DNA from: Amoebophrya sp. A120
Taxonomy: Eukaryota; Protista; Dinoflagellata
NCBI GenBank assembly: GCA_905178155.1
Contig: CAJINV010000023.1
Location: 586,289-650,288, forward strand
Direction of reading: 5' to 3'
Length of the DNA stretch: 64,000 bases
Positions 38,501 to 52,100 of this stretch are shown here, piece after piece. The notes under the pieces were generated by a model that saw only the letters and a list, made by a program, of their open reading frames with translations, was not told where the DNA came from and did not search any database. Numbering within the stretch: position 1 is the first letter of the stretch; the number at the start of each line of letters is the position of its first letter. The position numbers were made by a program, and so were the translations under genes.

Positions 38501-41500
38501 CTGATTCGTCGTGGTCACAAATCAGCAGCACAAATCTCCTTTTCGATGTGGGGAGGGAAGATGTTTCCTTACAATAATTTGGTGAAGTGGAGAGCGGAGG
38601 ACTACGCGTTGTGGTGACAAGTCGAGGCCTATTGTGGGGAAAAATCCCCCCTCCCCATATCGAAACGGTATGCTTCTGGAAATTTGTGATGCTGATTTGT
38701 GACCACAAATCCAGTCTGTCGTGCAGGAGGGAAAACGCAAGTAGGAGTCTGGAACTTTATGCAGGCGATTTGTAATGCTGTTGCGCTGACATGACAGGCC
38801 TCTGCTATGCTAAGCACCTATACCAGAAGACCTTCCGCAGGCTTAGGCTTTGCCTGCAGTACCTCGCTGCAAGACAGACCTGATTTGTGTACACAAATCC
38901 AGCAACAGAAATTTCCGTTCCAATATGGGGAGGGGGAATTTTTCACTTTGATAAGGCCGCACCGCAGCAGAGCTGGGTGCCGCCGACGGTTGCCCCACGG
39001 TCGCGCTGGAAGTTTGCGAGACCATTTCTTACGACAACTATGGCACGCAAGGCGGCGACGGCCTTGACCGGTTCGCTGATGATGCAGAGGGAAAATTTTT
39101 TGCCGATGCAAAAGCCCTTCAGAACGCAGCTGCCGAAAATTTCCAAGAGAGGACTTTGACAGTGCTGTGTCCTGGAAAGCAGGGGCAGTACGTGATCGTG
39201 GAGCTCCCCGGGACGGAGGAAAGTCACAGGCGGGTCCTGGCGGTGAGTGACTTGCGCATTTTCGGAAATACCGTAACGCAGGCACCTGTGCCGCTTGCAT
39301 TTAGCTTGGCGGACGTCGAGACGGCGTGTGCGCAGGAGGGTGCTACCAGATTTACGGGGAGGTCTTACAGCCTCGGAACCGGGCAGGGGCAAGGTCAATT
39401 TGTCATTTCTGGGAACTTGAACGAGATGGAGTGCATCGGTCTGTGCGCGCGCAACGCAACCTGTGCTGGTTTCGTCTATGACACGTCCATTGTTGACGCC
39501 GGCAACGACAACTGCGCCGTGCGATCACTATCAAATGCAGAAATGTCTGGGTCTGGAAGAATGCAACTTGTGAAGCTGCATTTGAATGTCTGAAAAATTT
39601 GTATTGCATGAGCAGCAAAAGGATTCTAGTTTTTGCTACGCGGGGTGGGCATTTGTCATGCGGAAAAGGCATCAAAAATCCCTCAAAAAACCTGTGCTGC
39701 TAGGCCATGCATCACAGACATCATGGCGTATGCAAACGGTGCATGACAAGTCTCAGAATCTTCCAGACCCGGACACTTTTGCATTTGACAACCACTACCG
39801 CCGAACAAGTTGCAGAGCGGCGACTACGACCTTGAGACGGCGATATCAAATCTAGAAATGTCTGGGTCTGGAATCTTGTGATGCTGGGTGGCGTCTCATA
39901 ATGAGGCCACAAATGCTGGCTCAGCATGACAAGTTTCTGAGCTTCTAGGTGTTGCCTATTCTGCATGACAAACTGCGTTTCTGAATCACAGAAAAACAGC
40001 GCTCCTGGGTAACGTGCATGACAGATTTAAGAGTCATGCCAGATAAACATGCATTCTTCCAGACCCAGACACTTTTGCACTTGATAGGCGACTACCAATG
40101 ACCAAGTCCTATACGTGATGACGGAGGCCTGCCGAAACCTACGCAAAGAAAAAAGTGTTGCAGTTAGTCCACACTGTGTTGCACCACATGCAAGACAGAC
40201 AACCTCTGTCATGTACGAAATGCTTTATTTCAGCTTCGTTTCATGTTCTCCCTTTTATTTTATCTCTGCAATGCAAGTTTTTTCTGTGATGCAGAGCAAG
40301 TTTGTAATGTATTGCTGATGATCTAACAAATATGTCACTGTAACTACACTTTTTTCGTGGGATAAAGTCGTGCATTAAGTTACTTCGGGAAGGACGATCT
40401 ACATAACCGAGCTGGTCTATCCTGAGTAAAAACGGGGCCCGCACCCCATAGTCAATGATTGGGAACTCTGCAACGCAAATCTAGAAGTTTTGGGAGTCAC
40501 GCATCACATGCTTTGCGCTCTATTGTGCGGGCACGTTTTTAGAAAGGATAGTCGCATCAGAAAACCATCTTTCTTTATCCTGTTTACAGCGTTATACAAA
40601 TTCTCAAACAGGATTGCAAATGCCTAAATGTTCCTGTAATTGCAGATGTGCATGACAACTCTGGGGCGGCGGAGACGTTTTTTATCAGGATATGGTCAGG
40701 TAGTTGTACAGGCGACAAGTGTGGTATCCAGGAAAAAAAGTGTGTAAGTGTAACTTTGTAGGATGAGTAGAATTACAAATTCGTTTTGGATCTACAGAAA
40801 AAACCTGTCATGCGCAGTTAGTATCTAATACTAGCTCAGCGAAAACACGTATGGTCTGAGCCTCTGACGCAGGCACATCCAGCATGACAAGCGTGACTGT
40901 TTTGCATCACCCCCAACACAAAGTTTTTTCCTTGCATATTGGGGCGGCGCATCAGCTGAGCTGCTCGACTCGAACTCCGGCACAGCCGCGGCGACTTCTA
41001 GCGGTGCCTCCTCCTCCGCTCGCTTATGCATTGCAAAGATGTCTGGGTTGTCAAGAATGCAAGGTTTGTTGCCATGCATGGCTGAGGACACGAGAGAAAT
41101 ATTCGACCTGTCACGCCTAGTGAGATGGAGCACTCTCTCCTTGTGCTTGTCACACAAGAATAAATGCAATTTGAATGTGTGGGTTAATTCAGAAAACACA
41201 ATATCTAACAGCCGAGAGACTTGTCGTGCGTGGCTCTGGGCAGGGGGCTTCTTTTTACCAGCATCCACACATTACCAATAGCATCACAAATCTTCAGACC
41301 CAGATCGATATTTGCTATCCATATTTATGCGCATGGTTCCAAATAGACTTAGGCGAGCCAGTGATAGTTTCCTCGCTGAAGCTGACCGTTTCTAGCACAT
41401 TAGAAGACCTCCGGCGGCTTCTCTTCGACACCAATTTGGACGCAAGCGCTGCTTGGAACGCGTCGTCGACTCCAGATATTACAAAGACACGTGCCCCACA

Positions 41501-44500
41501 CCCGGGAGTTGGAAGTGTTTCTGATGCATAAGGTTTTCTAATGAACAGCATTTTCTCTATGCATGGAAGCACTATGAGTCTTTCTGATGGAGAATCTACC
41601 CACGCAAGGCATCTTTTACGTAACAGGCCCGGCTGGTGTTGAGCTCTTTTGCAACGCAAATCTTTGCTATTCAGCAATCAAAATTTGTGTTGCTAGCACA
41701 TTCAAAACGGCGCATATTTCCAATCGGAAGCTTTGCAATACAAATGCTTCCAAGTTCCGGGATGAGGGTACTTTTCGTCCTGATACCGGAGAAAGATGCT
41801 AATAAGAACTTAGGTTTGCGCATAGCACTGACCAATACCCCGCGTATATGGAAGCATCAGGATCGAAATCGACAAAGTTGAAAATGAAAAAACTTGTATA
41901 TGCATAAAGTGCAGAGCACAAAAAGCCTGTATTAGAGAGCAGACTGCAGGTGAGGCCTATTGTAAGCGTGTTTAGGGGGGGAAATAGAGCTGCGAAGGAG
42001 CACGACAAAGACAGCCTTCTTTGCCCCAAACAGAATAACAGATTAGGTATGGATGCTGCCAAAATTTGTCATGCGCCGATCAGAAACTGGGTTCCAACTG
42101 GCCGGCATTTTATGCATCATGACTACAAATCATTTCGACATTGTCAATTTCGATCCTGACACTTCCATCGCGTAACGATCAGACAGTCAACGACGACACA
42201 TACTGCCCCACGCTAGGCTCAGAATATCCACTGCAGATATATTCGGGTCTCGAAGCATGCGCATGTTTGTCATGCATCTTTTGGACCACGCAAATAGTCT
42301 GAAAGTCGAACGCGCGCAAAATAAGCATTGGAGGATTTATTGCACAGGCTTCTTCATCATGCCTGTCTCGCATGAACAGAAATTTGCTATTTGAATTTGT
42401 GTATAGCAAACAGTAGACAGCGTTTGGCGGTCATGCAACACAGATTTTCATGTGGTCGCGATTGAGCATCTCAAATTCGGTTCTTTCCAGACCCAGGCAG
42501 ATTTGCATTTGATACATTAGTCTGCGAAACCATCAAGACCGGGGAAACTAACCCTACCGAGCGCTTAAGCGGTGGCCGCTTCCCTAAGGTCTCCCCTACC
42601 GAGGCCGCCGCAACGGTGATGTGCGGCCGCAGAATCGGACGCTACGTGATCATTGAGGGTGCTTCTGCGACCGACGACAAGCGGTATTGTGAGGAAAAAT
42701 CCCCCTCCCCATAGCGAAAAGGTATGTTTCCAAAAATTTGTGCTGCTGATTTGTGGCCACAAATCAGATTTGTGTTGCAAGAAGAAAAGCGCAGCGGCTT
42801 CCGTGCCATTGTGGAAGCGATATGGCATGCTGTTGAGCCTAGACAGCACGAGCAGCCGACGTTTGCAATACTAAACAACTAGACCCATCAGACGCCACTA
42901 CCTAGGCTGAGGATCTGGTGGCCGCAGTGACTTTCTGCAAACAGGGCGCACTTGTGTACGTAAATCCCGCAACAGCAACTTCGTTTTGATATAGAGAGGA
43001 GGGATTTTTCATTTTGATGGGAGGGCTTTCAGCATCAACGACGTAAAAGTGTACGGGGAAACGACAACAACGACCACCCCGGCTCCCTGCAATTTGGAAG
43101 AGTACTGCTTGGCTGAACGTATCCTGAGGAAAAACGACGCCCACATCCCATCGTCAGGATGTTGGAAATGAAATCAGCTAGACAAATCAACGAGCTTTGG
43201 TTGTTGCGCATGACAGACTTGGGCTCGCAATGTAGTCCGACCTTTAGCTAGTGCAGTAGCAGCACAGATCTAGCATATGACGCTGATTTGAGCATCACAA
43301 AAAATCTAAAAATACAATTAGAAAATGCCTTGCATGGGTCTCCGCATGATGAGAATGAACATTGAACAGCATGGGCCTGCAGAATTGCATTACAACTCTG
43401 CCGGGGTCTGGGCCCCTTGTTCACCCGGGATAGCACGAAGCCCATATAAAGTTGACTGGGCGAGCATTTATGATGGCTTCGGCACGACGTATTCCGACAG
43501 CTTCTGGTATCCCGGCTATGTCTACGAGACGAACGCAGCAGATAGTGCGGCGATCGTATCCACGGAGAGTTTGTACAGTGCCAACATTGATAACAGCTTC
43601 GAAGCGAAGGAAAGCGCGGACTTCGCAGCTGGGTCTGCCTTCACATATATCAAAATGAAAAATCTTCCCACCTCCCCATATCTTCAAACGGAAAATTTGT
43701 GATGCAGATTTGCGATCACAAAGCGGCTTTTTCTTGCAGAAACAAGGTGAAGGCGTACTTTGCTGGGCCTGTTTGGGTTCCTAGCGGTCGTCTAGCTCTC
43801 TAGCACGATGGACGTAGCTGCGGTAGGCTAAATGGCATTACAGATAATTGCCTGCCCAGTACTGCCTTTGGCTCTTGCTCCCCCAGTGTGCAAGACCAAG
43901 GCACTTGTGTACACAAATCAGCACCAGCACAGATTTTCGTGGTGGTGCTTTTTCAATATGGCGTGAGGGGATTTTCCCGCACAATATCAGACGAAGCTTG
44001 GATCTACCCGACGAACGAAGACGCACACCTATCACCACGAAAAGCGTCAACGCCCCGAAAGTTGCAAAAGTTTCTCATGCAGAGTTTCCAAATGAAAACT
44101 TCTTCTTTTTGTCGTGCATGAAAGGCCTATGAGTCTTTTCAGTGCAGAACCTAGACGACGCAAGGCATCTGTCGCATCACAGGCCCGGCAATTGTTGCTA
44201 GGTTCTTTTGCAACACAAATTTTAGCTCTTCAATGCTGATATTTGCAAGAAGGGAAATATTTTCATTGGGGAGGTTTGCCAAGTTCTGGGGTGAACGCAT
44301 TTTTCATTGTAATCAAACCGCAAAGAAATTTTCGGCGGCACAGCCAAGGGCTTTTATCTCATTCGTGCTGAAGGGACCGGGGACGAGGAGTACATATGAA
44401 ATGCAAATATGTCTGGGTCTGGAAGAATGCAAGACTTGTCATGCAGATTTTACACGACCCATGATGCCTGTAATGCATCACCTAGCATCACAGATTTTTA

Positions 44501-47500
44501 GAGGGCTTCCTAATGCCCGTTCCGCATGAGAAATGCCCTCTCCATGTAGCACAAACTGGGCCCCTTTTGATGTTGCTGTTCATGCAATACAGATTTTCTT
44601 AGAATGCAGAGACAGCATCACAAGTTGCAACCTTCCAGAGCCAGACATATTTGCAATGCATAGCACAATAAGGAGTGCAAAACTGTCTCTGAGGACTACA
44701 ACTACCAGCCGGGTCCTGGGGAAGCCAGCAAACTCGATCCAGCCAATCCGTACGTGCTCCACGTCGGATATACAAGCACTTTCAGCACCCTCTGCATTCG
44801 ATTCGGGCAGTGGACGCACGTAGCGGCGACCGTCAGTAGCAATGCGGGCAACTCCCCGTATACGGTCGTGCTGTATTTAAACGGTGAGGTATCCACTCCA
44901 AATGTGTCTGGGTCTGCGAAAGAGTGCCACGTTTCTCATGCTCGGCTAGCATGACTCTCATCGATCTGTCATGAACGTTACCTAAAAGCGCCTTTTTTCT
45001 GTCATGCAGTTTGTCGTGACTCTGATTCTGTCAGGCACTCCTGTGAGGTGCTCGTGATTCTGATTTTTCTCCATCCAGCATCACAAGTTTCATCTTGTTT
45101 CAGACCCAGGTATACTTGTAGTACTTGACGGGCACGACATTGGCTTCAAACTGTGCTGTCGTGCATGTTGCGGAAGAGCGCGACTCTTTCGTCACGCAAG
45201 AACGAAATTTCTCATGCGCGCCAGATAAACATTGCTGTAGAAAATTTGTATAAGCTCCTGCTTCTCCTGCTATTCGTGTCTCTCTGCTCGAAAATTTCCG
45301 AAATTAACAGTATGACAACTTTCCAGACCGAGGCATATGTGCATCGCATAGGGAGAGGTGCAACGAAATACCAACGTGGTCTTATCCAGTGCCGATATGT
45401 CTGGGTCTGGAAGAAAGCAAGGTTCGTCATGCATCTCGTGGACCACAAACATGCTCTGGAATGCACCCAGCAGCATCATGAATTTTGCACGAGCTCCTTA
45501 ATGCCTAATCTCGGATGCGAAGTTTACCTTTTCCGTGGCGAGAACTGGGTAAATTTTGCGGTTCATGCAACATAACAGATATTTGATTTGTACGATTTAC
45601 ATTTAGTATGACAAGTTTGGATCCTTCCAGACGCAGCCATATTTGCACTGCATAGGACACGCCGGTAGTTATTAGTACCCAGGAGACCATGTTTCCGGCG
45701 GCTCTCGGGCAAAGCATTGGGGGCGGTTTATCCTATGTAAAAACGTCCCCACCCCAGAGTGAAAAATGGTCAGAACAGCCCCCCGACCCGAGCCTGCGGG
45801 ACCCCGAGAGCAGAAGGCCTCAGCCCCCACAATACGCGCCTCGCAGTAGTCTCGATTGATATGTGGCCACATTATTTATATTTACGTACTTCACCTACGT
45901 CATTCTCTCCTTTTTAACTTCAACAAAGTTCGAAACTTCTCTGTGTCTTAATTTTGGTCTTTTCCAGTACATAAAACACCCCAGAGTGAAAAATGTGGAC
46001 TTTGCAACGCGAATCCAGAGGGTCCGCTTTTTGCGCATGACAAGTTTGGGTGTCTAGTCGTGTAGTCGTGATTGACTAGTAGTGAAGCCGCATCACGAAT
46101 GTAGTTCCTTATCCTGACTAGAGCATGCCAAAGTCCCGGACAGCATGAGAAAATGCTGTTTATGGGACTGCGCATGAGAAAAAATCATTTGACAGGTATG
46201 CAGATTTGCATGACAACTCTGGGGAGGTGGGGACGTTTTTCCACAGGATACGGCTTCCTCGATTCTGACGAGAGGATTTTCAACGTTCGGGCGTGGAATA
46301 CCGTGCGAACCGAGGCACAGATTCGTATTCCCCGTAAGACCGTCCCCACCCCAGCGTTGTCATGCGAGTTTGCATGCCTACAATAATTCTCATGCGTGTG
46401 GCGCTGGGTGCGGGTGTCCACTACATGATGATGATGATGATGATGATGCGTAGCCACATGAGAGCCGTTTTCTCGTGCTGTTTTGAAATTTGTCATGCCA
46501 TTATGAGCGCAAGGTGATTAATGTCGACTGCGGCTGCGCTAGTCGACCTGCACCACGCTACAGATAGAATGCGTCACTCCCAAAACTTCCGGCTTTGTGT
46601 TACAAAACCCCCAACTTGACTTTGGGAAGGTGGGGACGTTTTTATAGAGGATAGTTCGCCGCTACGCGTTAGCCGTCCGTGCGGACCAAATAGACACGAC
46701 CACAGGTCTGGCTTGGTGGTTCCCACTCCAGAAGAGCTTGAACTCGACCGTCAGCGCAGAAACAACTGACACATCAGGAATTGTTTCCTCCTTTCCAAAC
46801 ATAACGGCCGTCGCTAGCACACTGGCGCATACAATGCTGGCAACGCAGTCTTGTGAGGCAGCAGATTCCTGCAGCGGCTTTCTTGGGTTGCCGGAAGAGC
46901 CAGCGCGACCGTCGCAGTATATCACCGCAGACGAGGCGAAGCGGAAAAGCTTTCGCTACTGTGTCTACTCTGACACTATGGATTGCAAATATGTATATAT
47001 CTGGGTTTGGAAAGTTGTAATGCTAAAAGTGAATGGTAGGCGCACCGCAAACGCAATAAGCATTCAAGCATTACAGATCTCTCAAGTGCTACGTGTTGGA
47101 TACTTGGCATGGTAAACTGTGTTTCTGCATGACAGGTAAGATGAACTTTTCCTGCAGCACAACATGCGTCACAGAGTCTCGTCCTCGTGTGTGTCATGTC
47201 CTCAGATTTGCATGACAATAAAGCTAGCAATCTTCCGGACCCAAACAACATGTTTGCATTTGATAGACACCATCCCGGACGATTGCTGCGATGCTGTCGC
47301 GCAAGTGCGTGACCAGTGCTACGAGAAGACGCAGGTTGTTGGTCTCTGCTCGCCCGTATGCATTGCAAATATCGGTCTGGGTCTGACAGGATCCAAACTT
47401 GGTCTGCTAAAGAATCTGAATTGTGATGATGAAGAAACCTGTGTTGCAAGCACCGCAGAAGTTTTTACTCATTTCTTGCCAAACAAAACCAAAAGGCAAT

Positions 47501-47960
47501 AAAGCTCTGATGCGTAAAATGCACTTGGAATCGAATGCAGATAAATTTGTTATGCTTCTGGGTGCCTCCCCACCATCTCTGTGATCCACGAGAGACATGA
47601 CAAACCTCACACTCTTCCAGATCCAGGCATATTTGCATTTGATGGGCCGTAGCAAACAGCAACGAATTTCCGATCTCTATCAACTGTAAAAATGTCTGGG
47701 TCTGGAACATTCCGACACTTGTCATGCACGTTTTGCATGAGCCCTGATGTCTGTGATGCATGCCCTAGCTTCACAGATTTTTTCGGAGCTTCTTGATGCC
47801 TATTCCGCATGACAAATGCCCTCTCCGCGTAGCAAAAATTACATTCCTTTTGGTACTCATGCAATACAGATTTTTCTGGAATCCAAATGCAGCATGACAA
47901 GTTGCATTCTTCCCGACCCAGACATTTTTACATTTGATAATCTCGGATTGCACGCAATAG
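23526..47960 (+). CDS. Very large multidomain lectin/adhesin: PAN/Apple domains, ~4 fucolectin/F5-8C-like modules, Thr-rich linkers, C-terminal LamG/ConA-like domain; 54 element interruptions
   Basis: A single frame is preserved across all 54 junctions by the element+5 nt rule. PAN motifs: SLGDCYRNCAYEEGCVGFTY...CKLK and ECIGLCARNATCAGFVY. Repeated module: CPFIQIDLG/CPWFQLDLG/CPWIQADLG/CAWFQIDLG with C.G..GQYVI.ELPG...LAV.EIRV. LamG: FTYEAWIYP...GQWTHVAATV...LYLNG...VRAWNTVRTEAQI. Stop TAG at 47958-47960. 5' end uncertain. Confidence 0.85.
27343..27800. mobile_element. Nested repeat K, copy 1 (12-bp GACAGGTGACCT(T/C) tandem array plus ~80-bp tandem units)
   Basis: Shares both ends and internal arrays with 59873-60722; lies inside a family G element. 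Confidence 0.8.
27932..28244. mobile_element. Family F TIR element (~300 bp); representative copy
   Basis: Ends TATCACATTGAAAAGTGCCCCCACCCCAGA / TCTGGGGTGGGGGCACTTTTCATTGCAATA; flanks TATGC/TACGC. Others: 13770-14084, 41477-41785, 44030-44314. Confidence 0.88.
34020..34357. mobile_element. Family H old AT-rich element (second copy 35235-35491)
   Basis: Ends TATCCCAAAGAAAAGCACACCCA / TGGGTGTACTTTTCTGTAGGATG; interior decayed; frame is restored by removing element+5 nt. Confidence 0.8.
41847..42169. mobile_element. Singleton TIR element (family I)
   Basis: Ends TATGGAAGCATCAGGATCGAAATCGACAA / TTGTCAATTTCGATCCTGACACTTCCATC; flanks GCGTA/GCGTA. Confidence 0.85.
45769..45977 (+). mobile_element. 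5'-truncated retroposon-like insert in a family B TIR (shorter copy 33247-33322)
   Basis: Common 3' end CAACAAAGTT(T/C)GAAACTTCTCTGTG...TACATAAAAC; 18-bp duplication ACCCCAGAGTGAAAAATG. Confidence 0.65.
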
Positions 47961-49167
47961 TCTTGGACTGTCGAGCTGGTGGGAGATGAGCAGAATACAA
48001 CAACTATCCTGAGTAAAAACGTACCCACACCAGAGTCAGGATGGGGATTTTGCAACACAAACCTAGGAGTTTTGTGAGTCACGCATGACAAGTTGCACTC
48101 TGCAATGTAGTGCAGGTTAGCAAGTGCAGCCGCGTCACAGATTCATCTGCTCATCCTGTTCACAGCATCACAAATTCCAAAACACGATTGGAAATGGCTC
48201 TCATGGGGATGCGCATTACAAGTCTTTCTGTCTTTGCAAATCTGCATTACAACTCTGGTGTGGGTACGTTTTTACTCAGGATAACAACAGTACGAGAAAA
48301 AGTGAACTGCTACGCCCAGATCAAGAGTACCAGACTCGACCGCGGCTACTCTTTTTTATCAGGTTGCTCCGCGGCTGACACGGATTATAGTGATAGGGCA
48401 GCTGCTTGTTCATCCAGGCTTATTTCAACAAGACACGGTTTTTTATTTACATATTAGAAGGCTCATCTTCAAAACAAAGTGCTTTCAATATACTGTACTA
48501 CTACTAGCTTAGCGTTTCTATAAAATTTTGCTTTTGATGTCGTTATTCAACATCACAACAGTTGCAAAAATTATATCGGATCATGATCATATTCATGTTT
48601 AAAGCTTTGGATGAGGACGTTTTTTTGCAACAAGAATTATCTGGCCGCTTTTTTCTTTTCGTATTAAAAAGTATGTACTCAGGGAGTTCCAAGAAAAAGC
48701 CCCCGTGCGGCCCTTACGTCGTACAAGCCCTACCTATTTTGTCCCTGATGTTGTTGTGTAAGTATTTTTGCTATCAAAATGAAAAATCCTCCCTCCCCAT
48801 ACAGCTGCTCAAACGGAGATTTATTATGTAATCAATGACTCGTGACCACAAATCACCGATTGTCATATGCTAGAAGGGAACAAATAGAGATTCGGACTGT
48901 AGTGCTGGCTGGCGTGGAGAAGCGTGCTGGCTGGCGTGGAGAAGCCCCGCGGCTTCGGCATGACAGGAAGCACTTGGAAGCGGGAAGCAGGATGGCAATA
49001 GTATATGCCTCCCAACGGGGTCGCAACTGCATCTCCTGGCATTTTTAGGAAAAATGCGAGTCAATCTGTGTACCACGCAAATCCAGCATCACAAACTTCT
49101 CTTTCACTAAGGGGAGGGGGGATTTATTTTGCTCACAATATTTGCGCCGGCCCGTCGTTTGCGAAGC

Positions 49168-52100
49168 ACAACTCGTAGGTTGCGACTTCGGTTGATGCTG
49201 GAGGTCAGCATGCAATACAGATTTAGAGAGTGAGGCGCTGGGCGGGGTGCGTCGTAGCACCAGGGAAACTTTTGAAAGTTTCAAGATTTCTTGAAAACCG
49301 AGCTGATTCAACTTTCAAAGTTTCCATCCATTTATGGTTTCCACCTTTTTACAGTTTCAAGCCTTTTGCAACTTTTACACATCTTACCCTCCTACAGCTT
49401 CAAGCTTCTTACAGTTTCAAAATAAAGGAAGGACGAACAGGGGGACCGGGTTGAGATCCGAGATCCGACAACCCGGATCCCGGACCCCCCCCTCCCCCCC
49501 CCTCTCCCACCTCCCCCCTCCGCCTTGTGTTTTCAAGATATCGCGACAACCGACCTGACGCAGCTTTTCGATTTTGTCCGAAGTGGGTTTGTTTCGATTT
49601 TGTCCCAAGTGGGTTTGCAAAGGGCGGGGCCACAGCCCTACTTACACTTTCCGCCCGGTGTGTAAGTTGCGGGGCCCCGGGCTTAAGTCCTTAAGATAGG
49701 CGCGGGCTTGGGGACTTGGGTTGCCGCCCCCCCCGTATTTCTGTGCTGTTGGGTCTGTTGCCAACAAAGTGCGTCGACCCCATCTCCCGGCCACAGACCT
49801 ATCCCTCAACTCAGGCGCGTAGCGCAAGGCTTGGGGCGCCGGGCTTTCGACCTTAAGTCCGGCGCGACCAATATGCTTTCCAATGTTTTCATGTTGTTGG
49901 GGTACCTTCGTAGTGTTGGGCTTCTGGCCCTTGCCAACGGAGCCGACTCCCGATCCCCCCGTCCCCCCCTTCCCCGCTTCCTTGTGTTTTCAAGATGTGT
50001 GCTTTCAAGATGAACCCAGACCCGACTTGATTCTCCCTTTCAATTTTCGGATTTTTCCATGGGTCGGAAAAGCCCCCCCCACTTCGACGGAGAATTTTTC
50101 TTCAAAACATTGGGAGGCGAAAACGACACAGCTGGCGCATATACGATCGCGGCGCTTTTAGCTTCGCAAACGCCTTTATCCAGCGCGGCCCGGAAAAAGT
50201 GAAACATCACTGAGATTTCGCTCCTTTTTCCAGTGCGGCACTGAGAAAGGAATGAAAACTCCCTGCGCTTTCACTTTTTGAGAGGTCTCACTTTTGGGCC
50301 ATCCCGGAGAAGTGGCTCGCAAAGCGAAACTTTTCAAAAAGTGAAATCTCGCGGAGATTTCAGTCTTTGAAAAATTTCACAGACTTTTGGACCATCCGGG
50401 CGAAGTGGCTCGGAAAGTGAAACTTGTCGCCACACTTGTGTAATCGAAAAGAAACAGTCGGGCAATGTTTTTTCCTCAGCGGGTGACGAAAGAAAAGACG
50501 AGTCTCTCATGCTGAAATCAAACGCATTCCATTTCAAGCGTGACAGTCTTATTTGGGAATCTCAGTCAATAGCTCGACTGAAAGACTTTTTTGTGTGTTG
50601 CCGCCCGTGTTCGCAATTCTTCGGTCAACGAAATTTCGCAAAAAGTGAAATAGCAGGGAGATTTTACAACGTTTTGAAAAGTCTCACTTCGGGGCCATCC
50701 CGGAGAAGTTGCTCGGAATACGAAACTTCTCAGAAAGTGAAATCTCACTGAGCTTTCAGTCTTTGAAAAGTTTCAGACTTTTGGGCCATCCCGGCGAAGT
50801 AGCTCGGAAAGTGAGACTTCTCAAAAAGTGAAATAGCAGGGAGATTTTACAACTTTTTGAGAAGTCTCATCTTGGGGCCATCCCGGAGAAGTGTCTCGGA
50901 GAGTGAAGCTTCTCAGAAAGTGAAATCTCGCTGAGATAGAAAGTGAAATCTCGCTGAGATAGATAGCGAAATCTCGCTGAGATAGAAAGTGGAATCTCAC
51001 TGAGATTTCACTTTTTGAGAGTGCTAGCCTATGCAGCCCTACCCCATACATTACTTACTTGACCACCCCGCCCAAGTACTACTACGAAGCCAGTTGCCTG
51101 GAATTTACAGAAGACGGGCCAGGTAAAAAACAAAGAGAGGCCCCGCATTGCCGAGGAATGCAATCACCGCGCGCGTTGTTCATCACGCGTGTCGCTGGCT
51201 TCATAATGCAGAGGCGGGCACAGCGACAGCAGTGGGCTGCTGCATTACTTCCACCCGGGCACACTGCCGCACTGCGTTGGCCCTGGGCATTAAAGGTTGC
51301 GACTTCGGTTGATGCTGGAGGTCAGCATGCAATACAGATTTATTATCACTCGAAATGAAATAGTACAAGACCAGCTTTTTTACAAGATCGAAGCTGTCAC
51401 AGACATCCAGCCAGGGAGTATGATATTTGCAAAGATGCATACTTGCCTGGATGCTGCAAGTTCTAGTACCTTCAGTTGAGACCTATGATCCATGTGTGCT
51501 CGTGTTCTGACTGTTTTCAGTGTCGTTAGTTCACTTCACAGCTCGCTCTTTTGCGAAGATGAGAAGCACTGCGGCTGAATGATTCTTTAGCCTCCACCTT
51601 CGCAAGAATGCTCTTTTAGTCTAGTTTCTTAGCCAGGAGCTTCCAAAAACTTCTTCTACCGCACTTAATATTAAAATTAATATATACGCATTTAAAAATA
51701 CTTATTGATGCCAAAAATCTCGTTCTTCAGAACGGATTCGATTCCGCAAAGGATTGGCAAAAGGAAAAACTCCCCCTCCCCATATTGAAAAGGTATGTTT
51801 CCGAAAATTTGTGTTGCTGATTTGAGGTCACAAATCACATTTGTGTTGCAAGAAGAGGGCGCCAGAAGCTTCCGCCCCATTATGGAAGCGATTTGTCATG
51901 CTCTTGGGCCTAAAGGGGGGCCGTTTGCCATGCTAAGCAGCTAGACCAAGACGCCCCTACCTAGCCTGGGGGTCTGACCGCAATGCCTCTCTGCAATACA
52001 AAGCTGATTTGTGTACACAAATCCAGCATCAGAAGTTCCGTTTTGATATGGGGAGGGGGGATTTTTCCTTCTGATGAGGATTGGCAAGAGATCATGGTGG

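Noticed and set aside
10982-45733. Idea that both repeat copies are constrained, since many mismatches are synonymous
   Set aside because: Non-synonymous and multi-base mismatches are at least as common, consistent with one free copy plus synonymous drift in the exonic copy.
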